Shown here piece by piece: positions 18,818 through 30,246 of a DNA stretch of 64,000 nt. This DNA comes from an uncultured delta proteobacterium (GTDB lineage: Bacteria > Desulfobacterota > Desulfobacteria > Desulfobacterales > SG8-13), in NCBI GenBank assembly GCA_963848135.1, contig CAWKCK010000017.1, forward strand, positions 310,001 through 374,000, written 5' to 3'. Both the position numbers and the translations under genes were made by a program. The stretch's first letter is position 1, and each line of letters opens with the position of its first letter. Under the pieces are notes generated by a model, which was given only the letters and a program-made list of their open reading frames with translations, did no database searches and was not told where the DNA came from.

Positions 18818-19744
18818 ATGAACATCACACCGATCAAAGAACCAACAGATGGTTTCGTCTCCACACCCGACGGGCAGATCCACTACCTGGATTGGGGAGG
18901 CAGTGGACATCAGGTTCATTTCCTCCATGGAAACGGATTTTGTGCCGGAACATATACGCCGTTTCTTAAATTCCTGATGGCGGATTTTCGGTTATTTGCC
19001 AGCGATGTTCGTGGACATGGTCAATCGAACTTTCATGGTTTGCGTCGCATTCACCACTGGGAAATCTTTGCCGATGATTTGAAGCACGTCATCGAAAACG
19101 CCATGTCTCCGCCGGTCACGGGCATGGGTCACTCATTGGGGGCTGTCACCACTCTCATTGCCGCGGCAAAATTCCCGGAACTTTTCACCGACCTTATCCT
19201 GATCGATCCGGTCATTTTCTCCAAGGAACGACTCTGGCTCATCGCGATGATTAAAAATCTGGGTCTGCGGGGCAAGCTACCGATGGTTCGTTCCGCCCGT
19301 AAAAGAAAGAAGGTATTTACGGACAAGCAATCGGCTCTCAAACGATTTGCCGCCGGCAGGGGCGTCTTTAAATCCTGGTCAAAAGAATTCATCGAAGCTT
19401 ATCTCGATTGCGGCCTTCTGAAAAAGGATGCGGAATCGGCGATACTGAAATGCGATCCGGAGCTGGAAGCCCAAATTTATGAATCGGTACCGTTGAATGT
19501 TTGGTCTTACGCCAAAAAGATCTCGTGCCCTGTGCTGGCCATTCGGGGGGCGTCCTCAGACACTTTCGTTCCTGCCGCCGCCCGAAAATTGCAGGCCCTT
19601 GTGCCGGGTTTCAAGCTGGTGGAGATTCCTCGATCCGGCCATTTCGTTACCATGGAGCAGCCCTGGGCCTGTTCCCGGGCCATAAAAGCCTTTCTGGACC
19701 GGTTGCAGATTGCTGAAAAACCACCCGCTCCCAATGACCACTGA
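18818..19744 (+). CDS. Alpha/beta hydrolase
   Basis: HGNG, DVRGHG, GHSLG nucleophile elbow, C-terminal GHF. Confidence 0.9.
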   Translation: MNITPIKEPTDGFVSTPDGQIHYLDWGGSGHQVHFLHGNGFCAGTYTPFLKFLMADFRLFASDVRGHGQSNFHGLRRIHHWEIFADDLKHVIENAMSPPVTGMGHSLGAVTTLIAAAKFPELFTDLILIDPVIFSKERLWLIAMIKNLGLRGKLPMVRSARKRKKVFTDKQSALKRFAAGRGVFKSWSKEFIEAYLDCGLLKKDAESAILKCDPELEAQIYESVPLNVWSYAKKISCPVLAIRGASSDTFVPAAARKLQALVPGFKLVEIPRSGHFVTMEQPWACSRAIKAFLDRLQIAEKPPAPNDH

Positions 19745-19935
19745 TCTTCAGAAGGTGATATTCTATCCAATGTTCGTTCGTATGGAATGTGCGTGTGAAT
19801 CTTCACACTTGGGGCGCGTCGGAGACACCCACAGACGGCGTTTTTATAATGGCGGATAGATGAATTGTCGGGGCCGACAAACTCCCGGAATATTTACAGT
19901 CTGATGACTCCCATTCTCAGAAAGGACAGATAACC

Positions 19936-21711
19936 ATGCACCAAGAGCCTCAAGCCCCGTACGGTCCTGAGAAGGATATCCGGCAGTTGATGCGCGTGGC
20001 TCTCGGCCAGGATGCAGCCGATATGGCCGTGGTCAATGGCCGCCTGCTAAATGTCTATACCGGTGAGATCCTCGATGGTCTCTCGGTCTGCACCAAAGGT
20101 CCCTGGATTGCTTATGTCGGTAACAATGTCGATCAGAAAATAGATGACCATACCAAGGTTGTCGACGCCGCTGGCCGCCTGCTCATTCCGGGCCTGATCG
20201 ACGGGCACACCCATCTGGCATGGATGGGCAGTGTCTATGCCTTCATCGAACCACTCATGGCTGGCGGAACCACCGCTATCGTCACTGAAAGCATGGAAGT
20301 CTATCCTGTCGCCGGTTTGGACGGTATCGTCGACTTCCTGGACGCCCTGGCCGATCAACCGATCAAGATATTCGCCACGGCGCCTTTCATGGCCTCCATC
20401 AGCCGGACCGCTCGCGGCATCCCAGTCGGAGTGCTGCGCAAACTGTTGGCCCGCAAGGACATCGTCGGGCTGGGAGAATCTTACTGGCAGGCCGTGCTGC
20501 AGGAACCGGATACCGCTGCCGGCGCCCTGGAAGAAACGCGCCACTGGGGTAAGACCCTGGAAGGGCACACGGCCGGGGCACGCGGAGACAAGCTGGCTGC
20601 CTATTTGGCCACCGGTATATCTTCCTGCCACGAGCCGATTCAGGCCGAAGAGGTCCTGGAACGCCTGCGGTTGGGTATTTACGTCATGATCCGTGAAGGC
20701 AGTATCCGCCGGGATCTGGAGACCATTTCATCGATAAAGGATACCGGAATAGATACACGCCGGCTGATACTGGTAACCGACGGTCTGTCCCCACGCGACC
20801 TAATCGAAAAGGGCGGCATGGAATATGTGGTCCAGAAAGCCATCGACTGCGGCTTCGACCCCGTAGCTGCCATCCGGATGGCCACCCTGAACGTGGCCGA
20901 ACACTTCCGTCTTGATAGGATCATCGGCGGTATTGCCCCGGGACGGTGTGCTGATATTCTCATCATTCCAGACCTTCGTACGATCAGGGCTGAAACCGTC
21001 ATAAGCAACGGAAAGGTGGCCGCCGAGACAGGTCGTGTAATCATCAAGCCGCGGCGCCACCGCTTTCGGTCAGAAAACCTCAACACCATCAGACTTCCGG
21101 GCGACGTGCAACCGGAAGACTTTCAGATACAAGTCAGCGGCGTCAGCCACGTAAAGGCGAGGGTTATCGAAATGGTGACCGACCTGGTCACCCGGGAAAG
21201 CGTTCTGACGTTGCCTGTTAATGACGGCCGAGTCCGGGCGGATGCCGACCACGATCTGGCCATAATCGCCGCCATCGACCGCACCCACAACCCCGGTAAG
21301 ACCAGCATCGGACTAATTAATGGTTTCGGATTGAAAACCGGCGCATTGGCCTGCAGTGCGGCTTGGGATACCTCGGATATCATCGTGGTCGGGATTTCGC
21401 ATCGCGACATGGCCCTTGCAGTCAACCGCATCCGAATGCTGCAGGGCGGTGTGGTGGTTTGCAGTGCCGGTGATATCCAGGCCCAGATGGCGTTGCCGAT
21501 ATTTGGGCTCATGTCGGAAGAATCTCTGGAAGGCATTGCAGACAAGCTTGATGCCGTCAGAAATGCGGTTAATCGCCTCGGGTGCGCGTTTCCGGACCCC
21601 ATTTTATCGCTGAACACCCTTACCGGTGCCGCCATCCCTTACCTGCGCATCTGTGAGGAAGGTCTGGTAAACCTGAAAGACGGGAAGACGGTCAGCCTGT
21701 TTGTGGATTAG
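19936..21711 (+). CDS. ade: Adenine deaminase family amidohydrolase
   Basis: PGLIDGHTH, EGH, SCHE, IREGS, VTD, ATLNVAEHF, GGIAPG; 591 aa. Confidence 0.85.
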   Translation: MHQEPQAPYGPEKDIRQLMRVALGQDAADMAVVNGRLLNVYTGEILDGLSVCTKGPWIAYVGNNVDQKIDDHTKVVDAAGRLLIPGLIDGHTHLAWMGSVYAFIEPLMAGGTTAIVTESMEVYPVAGLDGIVDFLDALADQPIKIFATAPFMASISRTARGIPVGVLRKLLARKDIVGLGESYWQAVLQEPDTAAGALEETRHWGKTLEGHTAGARGDKLAAYLATGISSCHEPIQAEEVLERLRLGIYVMIREGSIRRDLETISSIKDTGIDTRRLILVTDGLSPRDLIEKGGMEYVVQKAIDCGFDPVAAIRMATLNVAEHFRLDRIIGGIAPGRCADILIIPDLRTIRAETVISNGKVAAETGRVIIKPRRHRFRSENLNTIRLPGDVQPEDFQIQVSGVSHVKARVIEMVTDLVTRESVLTLPVNDGRVRADADHDLAIIAAIDRTHNPGKTSIGLINGFGLKTGALACSAAWDTSDIIVVGISHRDMALAVNRIRMLQGGVVVCSAGDIQAQMALPIFGLMSEESLEGIADKLDAVRNAVNRLGCAFPDPILSLNTLTGAAIPYLRICEEGLVNLKDGKTVSLFVD

Positions 21712-21880
21712 ACATCTTTCACGATTCGCGATTGTCTGTTTGAAAGACGGCCGTGGCGGCAGCGCCGCAAATGCATATGCCGGCATTTCTCGCCGTCATG
21801 CGAATGGGCGGACCGCGATGTTCGTAAAAGATCATGCGTTCCTTGCCAACCGGCCGGGATCTTGCTCCAGGAGGTGATGA

Positions 21881-22303
21881 ATGGATTGCCGGATAAAAGA
21901 CGCCATCGTCGATGCCGTCATGAAGGAGCCGTTTGCCAAACTTTTCGACATGCAGCTGGTCGAATTGGATACTGGGCATTCGGTGGTGGAAATGACGTAT
22001 AACCCACTGACGGCAGATAATATTTATGAGCGTGCCCATGGTGGCGCAATTTACGGCCTGATCGACGAGGCGTTTGAGACGGCTGGTCAAACCGACGGAA
22101 CGGTCGCTGTGGCGCTCAACGTCAATGTGACCTATATCAGGAGCCCGGAAAAGAATACCCGGTTGCGGGCTGAAGCCAGGCAGGTCAGTCAAACCAAAAA
22201 AACTGCAGCATACGACATCAGAGTCACCGACACCGGCGGCGGCCTGATCGCCACCTGCACGGCACTGGCCTATCGCACCGGGAAACCGATACCGTTTCTT
22301 TGA
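21881..22303 (+). CDS. PaaI-family hotdog thioesterase
   Basis: N...AHGGAIYGLIDEA motif; 140 aa. Confidence 0.88.
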   Translation: MDCRIKDAIVDAVMKEPFAKLFDMQLVELDTGHSVVEMTYNPLTADNIYERAHGGAIYGLIDEAFETAGQTDGTVAVALNVNVTYIRSPEKNTRLRAEARQVSQTKKTAAYDIRVTDTGGGLIATCTALAYRTGKPIPFL

Positions 22304-22334
22304 AAGATATCAGATAGTATAGTATAATATTTCT

Positions 22335-23180
22335 ATGGAAACGAATTACAGACTGTCAATACTCCATCCCGCAGACCCTACCGAGATCGGTCAGGCGGCT
22401 TTCGCTCATGCCCTTAAGGTCGCGCTGGCCTTCGGGGCGAAATTGTGTATTCTCCGCAGCAAAACAGCCGCACCCCCAGACAATGGGCGGCCAAAGATGC
22501 CACCTGTTCGAAAAACCCTGGAACAATGGAAACTGCTCAGAGAAGGCAGTGGACAGCCAGACGTTTCTAAGGAACTGGGGCTTTCGGTTAAGAAAATCGA
22601 TCATAGTCAAATGAGTCCTGGGGCGGCCATCGCCTATCACCTGGAAAGTCACAACGTCGACCTGATCGTTTTCTCCGCCCAATTGCACAACGGTCTGAAG
22701 CCGGAATCTGTATACAAATTTATGCGGCAAGTGATGCAAGCGACCGGTGCCCAAATACTTTATATCCCCGACAGAGCACGCGGCTTTGTTTCCGACGGAG
22801 ACGGCACCGTCACCCTGAAGAAAATTCTGGTGCCCGTCGTTCGGGAACCACACCCCGAGTCGGCGCTTAAAGATGCGGTGGCACTCGGTTGCACCATGGG
22901 GGGACGGGGAGTGACGATCTCCCTCGTGCACGTAGGAGATCCGAATGAGATTCCAGCTGTTCGGATTCCCGAGAACAGCCTATGCGCGTGGAATATGATT
23001 GTGCGTCAGGGAGATGCGGCCGATGAGATCAACGCTCTGGCTTACATTCTGCCTGCAGATCTGATGGTCATCACAACCCGGAACCGCAATGACCTCAGCC
23101 CAACAGGTCAAGACAGCGTAACGGCACGTGTACTAACGAAAGCGCCCTGCCCGATCCTGATCATTCCCTCTTCTAAGTAA
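22335..23180 (+). CDS. Tandem-domain universal stress protein
   Basis: ILHPAD..AFAHAL, KILVPV, SVTARVLTKAPCPILII. Confidence 0.85.
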   Translation: METNYRLSILHPADPTEIGQAAFAHALKVALAFGAKLCILRSKTAAPPDNGRPKMPPVRKTLEQWKLLREGSGQPDVSKELGLSVKKIDHSQMSPGAAIAYHLESHNVDLIVFSAQLHNGLKPESVYKFMRQVMQATGAQILYIPDRARGFVSDGDGTVTLKKILVPVVREPHPESALKDAVALGCTMGGRGVTISLVHVGDPNEIPAVRIPENSLCAWNMIVRQGDAADEINALAYILPADLMVITTRNRNDLSPTGQDSVTARVLTKAPCPILIIPSSK

Positions 23181-23205
23181 TCGAGCACTCGGGAAATCTT
23201 TTTAT

Positions 23206-23256
23206 AGTGGTTGTAAAAAAAATGTCCGTCCGGCGAACGTTTTTTCACCAACCATT
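23206..23256. terminator. Imperfect hairpin between convergent genes
   Basis: tggttg-aaaaaa...tttttt-caacca arms. Confidence 0.35.
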
Positions 23257-23396
23257 GATACGGCCTTTTTGTATTTCGAAATTTATTATTGAAAAACGTT
23301 ATAAATCAGGAGTGCAAGGGCTGATTAGCAACTTTAGAGACGGCGTAAGATATCGTAAATATTGAATAAGTTTCCCTATGACAGGTAAGGTTCGAT

Positions 23397-23945
23397 CTAC
23401 TCGATGGTTTCTAACGGCAGTGGTGATCCGGTTCCCCCGAGGCGGCCGGTCTGCGTTTCGGTATCAATCGGACCAAAAAGCTCGACCTCTTCGGTATTGG
23501 GAAGCGGCTCTGCAGATGGTACCGGTGGCTCCTTTTTTCTTTCGGCAGCCGGTGCGAGATAGCTGATTGGCAATGGCGCACGCGTTATCAAAAGCATTTC
23601 GGGAATTAGAATGGCATCACCGATTCTGATTCGTCTGGGATCGATTGACGGATTGGCTTCAACGATGCGTAGCCAGTTTTTCCCTGTACCAGTATACCAG
23701 CGGGAGATCCGGATCAGATTCTCTCCCGGCCATTTAATCTTGTGGGTGAAGTATTTTACTTCAGGCGCTGAAGGGGGGGCGACCTCCTCTTGTAGATCCT
23801 TCGGCGGTGGTTCCACTGTATAGGGTACCGGTGCCGGCGGCGGCTTTTCTTCGGGTGTGATGTGTTGAATCAGGCTGCAGCCAAAAGACCAGAAAATACT
23901 GACAACCAATACCCAGCAGACAACTGCCGATCTGATTACTTTCAT
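23397..23945 (-). CDS. LysM-domain putative lipoprotein
   Basis: SFGC lipobox-like, Pro-rich linker, GENLIRISRWYTG..NW..I..ANP..IRIGD; TAATG overlap with upstream gene. Confidence 0.8.
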   Translation of the reverse strand: MKVIRSAVVCWVLVVSIFWSFGCSLIQHITPEEKPPPAPVPYTVEPPPKDLQEEVAPPSAPEVKYFTHKIKWPGENLIRISRWYTGTGKNWLRIVEANPSIDPRRIRIGDAILIPEMLLITRAPLPISYLAPAAERKKEPPVPSAEPLPNTEEVELFGPIDTETQTGRLGGTGSPLPLETIE

Positions 23946-25978
23946 TATCGGGGCTCCTCCACAACACCCAAAAGCTGCTCCAGGTAGCTTTGGGCTTTTT
24001 GATTCTCCGGCTTGATCATTACCGCCATTTGCAAATTTGCCAGGCACTCTTCCTTTTTGCCCAATTTTTCCTGAATTACAGCAAGGTTAAAAAGCGCTTT
24101 GTCAAGATACGTGGGTTCCAGTTGAATGACGCGCGTATACAGTTTTTCTGCATCTTCATACATACCGGTTGTTGCATAAATGAAACCAAGGTTGAAAAAC
24201 GCGTCTGATAATTTCGGATTCAGCGTGACGGCATCCTGGTAAGCATCGATCGCCAGCGCGTAGTCTTTGGATCGGGTGTAGATTTTGCCCAGGTTGAAAT
24301 GGGCGTCGATATTTTTGGAATTGACTTCGATGGCTTTACGCAGCAAGGTTTCGGCTTCAGCCGGGGAGGTGGCCAATACCTGGTCGGCGCGGCCAACAAG
24401 AGCTCTAGAATATATCTCCCTGGCCATTAGATAACTTTCGGTATCGCGACTCCGGTCAGCTTCAATCAAATCAATTGCCGTTTGAAAATTATTCTGTTCC
24501 AGAGCGGTGGAAGCCAACTCGAAAGTTGTCGGTTGCGGGAGCTTGGGGGGATCCACCTCAACGATTTCGGCTGTTTGAGGTGGTGCTGATTGCTGCCCCG
24601 CCCGGGGCGCAGAATCAGGTACAGGAGATTTTTCACTCGGCAGGGCTGTGGCTGTCACGGTCGCCGGTTTTGCCACGGTATTTTCTTTTTCCGGCTTCAT
24701 GACCAAATCCTGTTTCAGGGTTTGCGACGCCTCTTTCGCGACTTCGGGAGTCGGTCTGTCAGAAACCGGCTGAGTGCTATTATGAGGTATCTGAGACACT
24801 GCCGGTGCATCCTGGCGAATCGGCACGTCCACCTCTTTGTCAGCAACCGTCCGGTCAAGCTCTGTCGACGCCTCTTTGGGATTGCGAGGTTCTGTATGCA
24901 TGCCAATTCCCACTGCGACGGCGATAAGGGCAATAAGTCCTGCCAGACCGATCGGTATCAACTTGCGGCGGTTTCTCATCACGAAGGGGCCAGCCATTTG
25001 ACGTGCGGTATCTTTAATATTTTTGGCCATGAGGCTTATATTTTCAAGGGTCTCTTCCCCTCGAGAGTGTTTATCTTTAAAAGCCGTCGTTTGCGCCCGC
25101 AACCTATCCATCAAAGGGCGTCCCCAACTTGAAAATCTATCGATCTGATTGGTCAGAATTGTCGATGCTTTCGGATCGAGAAAGCTGATTTCCCGGGTAC
25201 ACTCCACAACGATATCCGCATCGATCTTTATTTGCTCCTTGACAAAGCCTGTCAATAGTGCGCGATCGCAAAGGATGTTGATCAGACGGGGATACCCCTT
25301 TGTAAAATTATGGATCTCGTGGATGGCTGCCGGTGTAAACAATGGTTCACTGGTACCGGCAACGCTCAGGCGGTGGCACACATATGCCATCGTCTCGTCT
25401 TCAGACAGGGGTTCGATGTCATAAAAAAGTGTAATCCTCTGACGCAGCGCACGACACTGCGGGCACAGAACAACATCTTTTAATTCATTCTGGCCGACAA
25501 AAAAAATATTGATGAGCTTAATGCCCGACTGCTCCATATTGGACAGCAGGCGAATTTCCTCCAGGAGTTCCTTTGATAGGCGGTGGGCCTCGTCGATGAC
25601 GAGAAGGACGACTTTGCCTTCGGCATACGATTTTTGTAGGAAAGAATTAAAAAAAAATAAAAAATCGGTCTTGCTGGTAATTTCGGCCGACGCATCGTAG
25701 GTTTTGGCCACGAGGTTGAAAAATTCGACGGTGTCGAGCGTGGGGTGGTTGATTTTGGCGACGAGCACGTTCTCGTTCAACGTCTCAATGAGCGCATTCA
25801 CCAACGTGGTTTTACCCGTTCCAACGTCCCCCGTCAGGACAACATAGCCATTGGCTTCCAGCAAACCGTACTTGAGGTTGGCCAAGGCCTCCTGATGTTT
25901 TTCCCCACACCAGAGAAACCGGGGATCCGTGCTGATATTAAAGGGCTTTTCCGATAGTTTGTAGAACGAAAGGTACAT
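23945..25978 (-). CDS. ExeA/GspA-family AAA ATPase with TM segment and C-terminal TPRs
   Basis: PFNISTDPRF, GDVGTGKT, IDEAH, GQNEL, GYPRLINILCD; TPR repeats at C-terminus. Confidence 0.9.
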   Translation of the reverse strand: MYLSFYKLSEKPFNISTDPRFLWCGEKHQEALANLKYGLLEANGYVVLTGDVGTGKTTLVNALIETLNENVLVAKINHPTLDTVEFFNLVAKTYDASAEITSKTDFLFFFNSFLQKSYAEGKVVLLVIDEAHRLSKELLEEIRLLSNMEQSGIKLINIFFVGQNELKDVVLCPQCRALRQRITLFYDIEPLSEDETMAYVCHRLSVAGTSEPLFTPAAIHEIHNFTKGYPRLINILCDRALLTGFVKEQIKIDADIVVECTREISFLDPKASTILTNQIDRFSSWGRPLMDRLRAQTTAFKDKHSRGEETLENISLMAKNIKDTARQMAGPFVMRNRRKLIPIGLAGLIALIAVAVGIGMHTEPRNPKEASTELDRTVADKEVDVPIRQDAPAVSQIPHNSTQPVSDRPTPEVAKEASQTLKQDLVMKPEKENTVAKPATVTATALPSEKSPVPDSAPRAGQQSAPPQTAEIVEVDPPKLPQPTTFELASTALEQNNFQTAIDLIEADRSRDTESYLMAREIYSRALVGRADQVLATSPAEAETLLRKAIEVNSKNIDAHFNLGKIYTRSKDYALAIDAYQDAVTLNPKLSDAFFNLGFIYATTGMYEDAEKLYTRVIQLEPTYLDKALFNLAVIQEKLGKKEECLANLQMAVMIKPENQKAQSYLEQLLGVVEEPR

Positions 25979-27124
25979 ATCCGGTCTTTCCTCTTCCCGG
26001 GTCTGTTGCGCCCTTGAAGCTAAGCCAAGATGGTATCGGCTCTGACTGAAAAACTTATCATTTTCACGATTTTACATCTGCAGTATAAACCATGTGGTGC
26101 CCACTTTCAATCCTTGTTGCCCACGGGCATACCATTATAGAAAATAATAATCGATTACTGTTAAGGACGTTGCTGCCCTCGGGTATTGAAATAAAAAGAC
26201 CGGAAAATCATCGTTCCCCGGCCTTTCTTATTGATCGTGTGTGCATACGCTCAACAATTGGTGCACATTTTGGGTTGCATGTCGTGTGGCAAATGGACCG
26301 GTCCATTGTGGGAATGACCGACAGAGAAAGTCGACATTAGTTTTTTTACATCTCCCTAACATATCGGTCAGTTAACCTGACTATCAACCCGCATGACCAT
26401 CTTGTCGAACGTATATGAGCACGTTTCACAATTAAATTCATACAAAGGCATATGTCACCTCTATTTTTGTATTTTCAGACAAAATAAGCTTTCTTTGAAT
26501 ATCCTGCAAGTCGACACAACGTCTATCCCTACCTGCCCCGTGGCATCCATGAGCCATCCAAGAGCTCGCTGTATAAACTTTAATAAGGCATAGGGCAATG
26601 GGATCGATCTGCGGATTAGTCAAACTTTGAGGAACCTCCCCGGTATAGCGGGGCGGTAAAGCGAAAGTATATATTATCAGAGTTAATGCGGTGGCACCGA
26701 ATTTACGGAAAGAATCCTGGTGCAATGATGGTGAAAAATTATACTACCCCGATTAGCGGCCGGTTGGGAAATCGTCGATTCCAGATTTTTATCACGACAA
26801 AAAAGCTAGTTTAAGCCGAGAGTATTTAGAACTCTCCGGGTGGAAGAAATGTATATCGAATTTGTGGATATTGTTACATCAGGACCCGAGTATCCTCGAC
26901 CGATTTTCGCTTTACACTCTATGATTTTACTACCAGTCGACCCGACGGCGTCGCCTGTTGGCCCCGACAATTGATGACCAGAAGTAGCTTTTAAAGGAAG
27001 CCAGTCCTTTCCAGGTGCATCGCCACATCCCGAAGCTACGTTTAAGCCAGGATATACCGGATTCGATACCGGCGCGGCATCGATAAAAGCGATTGTACAC
27101 ATGGTGACTGCGCTCATATCGGTG

Positions 27125-28110
27125 ACTTTCAGGCCGCGTTGTTTACAAAACACACGTCCTTGACGCCGCTGGTTTTGGCATTCTGAAGATTGTCTTTGGA
27201 TGCAAAACCACCGTCCAGAGCGGCCTTGAGCGGATAACGTCCATAAATTTGCCGCTGACGATCGAGCATCGTCTGGGGCAGCGTACTGTCGGCGGGATTG
27301 CCTTCGACAATTAGACAATCAAGGATCAGATTCGTTCCGCCGCCAGTCAGACAGATTTTATGCCCGAAGAACGTGTCGCGGTTGTCTTTGACAATGATGT
27401 CGGTATGTGGCTCGAAGATCGAGACAATTTTCTCGGCCGGCGGTAACTTCTCGCCGGCAATCACCCGGCGATAGCGATGACGGACCACCCGTCGGCCAGA
27501 TCGGCATAATTACCGCCACTCTGCGGCGATTGCGAGAATGCTGACATCGATGCTCTGCTGCTCGATACACTCGATGGCTCGGCGGCTGTAGCCGAGGGTG
27601 TTTCGGGTAACCTTGAGCAGGTCCAGATACTTGCTTTTTCGGACTTGGGCCCTGCGAGCATACTGAATGGCCAGCATCCGGCGTTTGGCCCAATGGAAGT
27701 GACCCTAAAATCGGGGACCCGCCCCGGAGGGCTTTTGGTAGCGGCAAGCAGCCGGGTGAGCACCCGTACTATATCAAAGAGCAGGCTCGAATCGCTGGGC
27801 ACATGAATGTTTTTTTCGACCAATGTGTTCTCGATGGACCTCCGGGCGTATCCATTTTCTTCAGCAGCGGCCTGAGCCAGAAGCTTGCGGTTGATCTGCT
27901 CCCAGGTGGTTGCTGACAATGCCTTTATGGTCTTGTTTAGAACCGACTTTTTGAAGCCCTTGTCGGCAAAATGGATTATCCAAGACCGGATGGCCCCGCA
28001 TCTGACGTTGTGGAACGCTTCTGAGAAGTACCAAAGTGCTCTTTACCGCGAAACAATACTGTCTGGACATCATAATCCTGGCCGCCCGGGACAATTCCCA
28101 GGAAAGTCCA
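27125..28110 (-). pseudogene. Degenerate DDE transposase (ISNCY/IS5-like), multiple frameshifts
   Basis: Fragments in different frames: WEQINRKLL, NIHVPSDSSLLFDIVRVLTRLL, EKIVSIFEPHTDIIVK..FGHK..GNPADS, ALDGGFAS. Confidence 0.8.
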
Positions 28111-28460
28111 GAGAGACACACAAATAGGGTGCATGCACACACGCATTTCAATTTCAGCATGATGTGACCTCCTCGGGCAGAAGATCTCAACCGCCAGAAG
28201 ACGCTAGCGGTTGCCGGTAATGCCGGGTGAAGCGGAGCGCTGGATCGGACGGAGAAAGAAAGGAGGGGCAACTCTGCAGCAAAAATGTCAGCCGGTATAC
28301 ATCCCCGCCGGACTATTTTTGACGACAGGGCCCGGCCCCGCAGAAAATTTTTGAATGGCATTGTTGACCGATAGAACACGCGCAACAAAAGGCGATGTAG
28401 ATATTGCAATCTCTGACAGCCGCCTGGGATAGCGCGAAGGAATGATTTTATCCGGTCGGA

Positions 28461-28857
28461 TTACTTTCCTCCAACACCATTATCACTCTGGCTGTTAATG
28501 AGGACAATCGTCTCGGGATCCTCATCGCGCAAATCGCAAAATCCTTCCAACTGTTCCAGCGTCACCCGCTGATAGTTGACCCAGTTGCGGTCCAGCACGA
28601 CCCTGTTCAATTCACCAATGGCGATATTTTGATCGCCGGTGACGGCCAATACGTCTTCCTTGAACGTCTTTACCGTCTTGCTCCAGGCGTTTTTCATACT
28701 GGTAAGTATGCGCGCCGATGGCGATGAAAGCCCCAAAGGAAACCAAAAGCACGCAAGTGAAAAGAACCAGGTTCAACCTCTCCGACCATTTGACCCTTTT
28801 TATCAGGCTTTCGTAATTTCCGATGGGTATCCAGTCTCCATCAATTCGGTTTCGCAT
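28461..28857 (-). pseudogene. Possible frameshifted small membrane-protein gene of unknown origin
   Basis: GAGGT RBS + ATG 28857, TM segment; protein-like sequence continues in the overlapping frame to 28461. Confidence 0.3.
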
Positions 28858-29343
28858 GAATTACCTCGTTCGATCGTGCCAGCCTTGGCATGATGCGTTA
28901 TTTGGTGGCGACGATAGTCTCATCGCTGTTTCAATCATTTCAAGCGTTCCAAGTATATAGTGGTTGTCAAAAAACATTCGGTTATTCGAAAGTTTTTTCA
29001 ACACCCACCCATACCAGCCTTCCGTATTTTGAAATGAATTTTTGAAAAGCAATATAAGTCATATATTGCGTATGACTAACGCAAAAACTGGGCCATCTTC
29101 GACCCTTTTTTCGGATACAATTAAAATTTAGATGGTTAGATTGAATTAAGGACACATGCAGGAGTTACCAACGGGGGCCAAAACCCTGAATTTGTGAACC
29201 GGAGTAAATAACACCTGTGGAATTCTTTAGACATTCGGCGCCTGAAACATGCCACGGGTTGCCGATCTACGCACATATCTGCCGGCACGCGACTTGATCT
29301 GAGACTTCACATTGCCGGCCGAACGACTGTGTTCGCATGCTTA

Positions 29344-30246
29344 TTACGACATTTTATATTTGCGTGCCAATCGGTCGAGTTCCTGCAAATAAATCCTGCG
29401 ATTGGCCAACCCCATCTGATTTCTGATATCCTGGGAAGCGGCCTTTATGTGCGGCCTGATATCGATACCTAAGGAGTTCAGCTGCTCGTCATTCGCCCGA
29501 TCAAGAAACATGACGCTGTAATAGTAGGTCAGTAATCGTATCTTGGAATTTCGGCGCAGCAAATAACTCCTTCCTGAAATCGTTTCGAGAAAAAAGCTGG
29601 CGTATGTATAAGAGATTTTCAGTTCCGGCCGACCGGCCGGTTTCTCTTTTGATTTTTCTTCGGTTGTGTACCAGAGATAGAAGGTCCGCATAACCGATTC
29701 CATGATTTGGAATTCGTTTGCGAGCACATCTTTTATGATCTTAATCCGATCTTTCCCTAAAACTCTATAGAAATGGGCCATGTTTTTATATAATCGATGC
29801 AGGCTGTCAGTTTCACCGACGGTAACCGGTTGGTTTTGGGAAAGTCGTTCAACAATCAGAAGATACTGTTGATAGGCTCCGCCTTCCAAATTCTGGTCAG
29901 CAATATACGGTTGGTTGTCGAGGTAGGCAAAAAAGGCCATGATCTGCGCATTAACATCCGCAAAGGTTAACAACTTTTCGTTTTGAATCCTGTCTGCGAA
30001 GGTTTGGCCCAGAGCCTCTGAAACTTTTTCCCTGGGCTCGGCCGGCTCTGCGGTCTCGGACAATTGCTGTTCAAGACCGGCGATTTTCGTCTCCAATCCT
30101 TCGGTTTTTTCCTGCCAAACTTTTCTTTCAACGGTTCTTGCTTTGGTGACGCCTTTTTTATACCAATTCATAATATTTATGTAGATCAGGACACCAATGG
30201 CGGCAGCAATTGCGATTCCGATGACGATTTTGGCATTTTTTCCCAT
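29344..30246 (-). CDS. Hypothetical membrane-anchored protein with coiled coil
   Basis: 300-aa ORF, N-terminal TM helix. Confidence 0.75.
   Translation of the reverse strand: MGKNAKIVIGIAIAAAIGVLIYINIMNWYKKGVTKARTVERKVWQEKTEGLETKIAGLEQQLSETAEPAEPREKVSEALGQTFADRIQNEKLLTFADVNAQIMAFFAYLDNQPYIADQNLEGGAYQQYLLIVERLSQNQPVTVGETDSLHRLYKNMAHFYRVLGKDRIKIIKDVLANEFQIMESVMRTFYLWYTTEEKSKEKPAGRPELKISYTYASFFLETISGRSYLLRRNSKIRLLTYYYSVMFLDRANDEQLNSLGIDIRPHIKAASQDIRNQMGLANRRIYLQELDRLARKYKMS

Noticed and set aside
26806..27318. 170-aa minus-strand ORF
   Set aside because: Begins in an alternative frame of the transposase remnant; no family features
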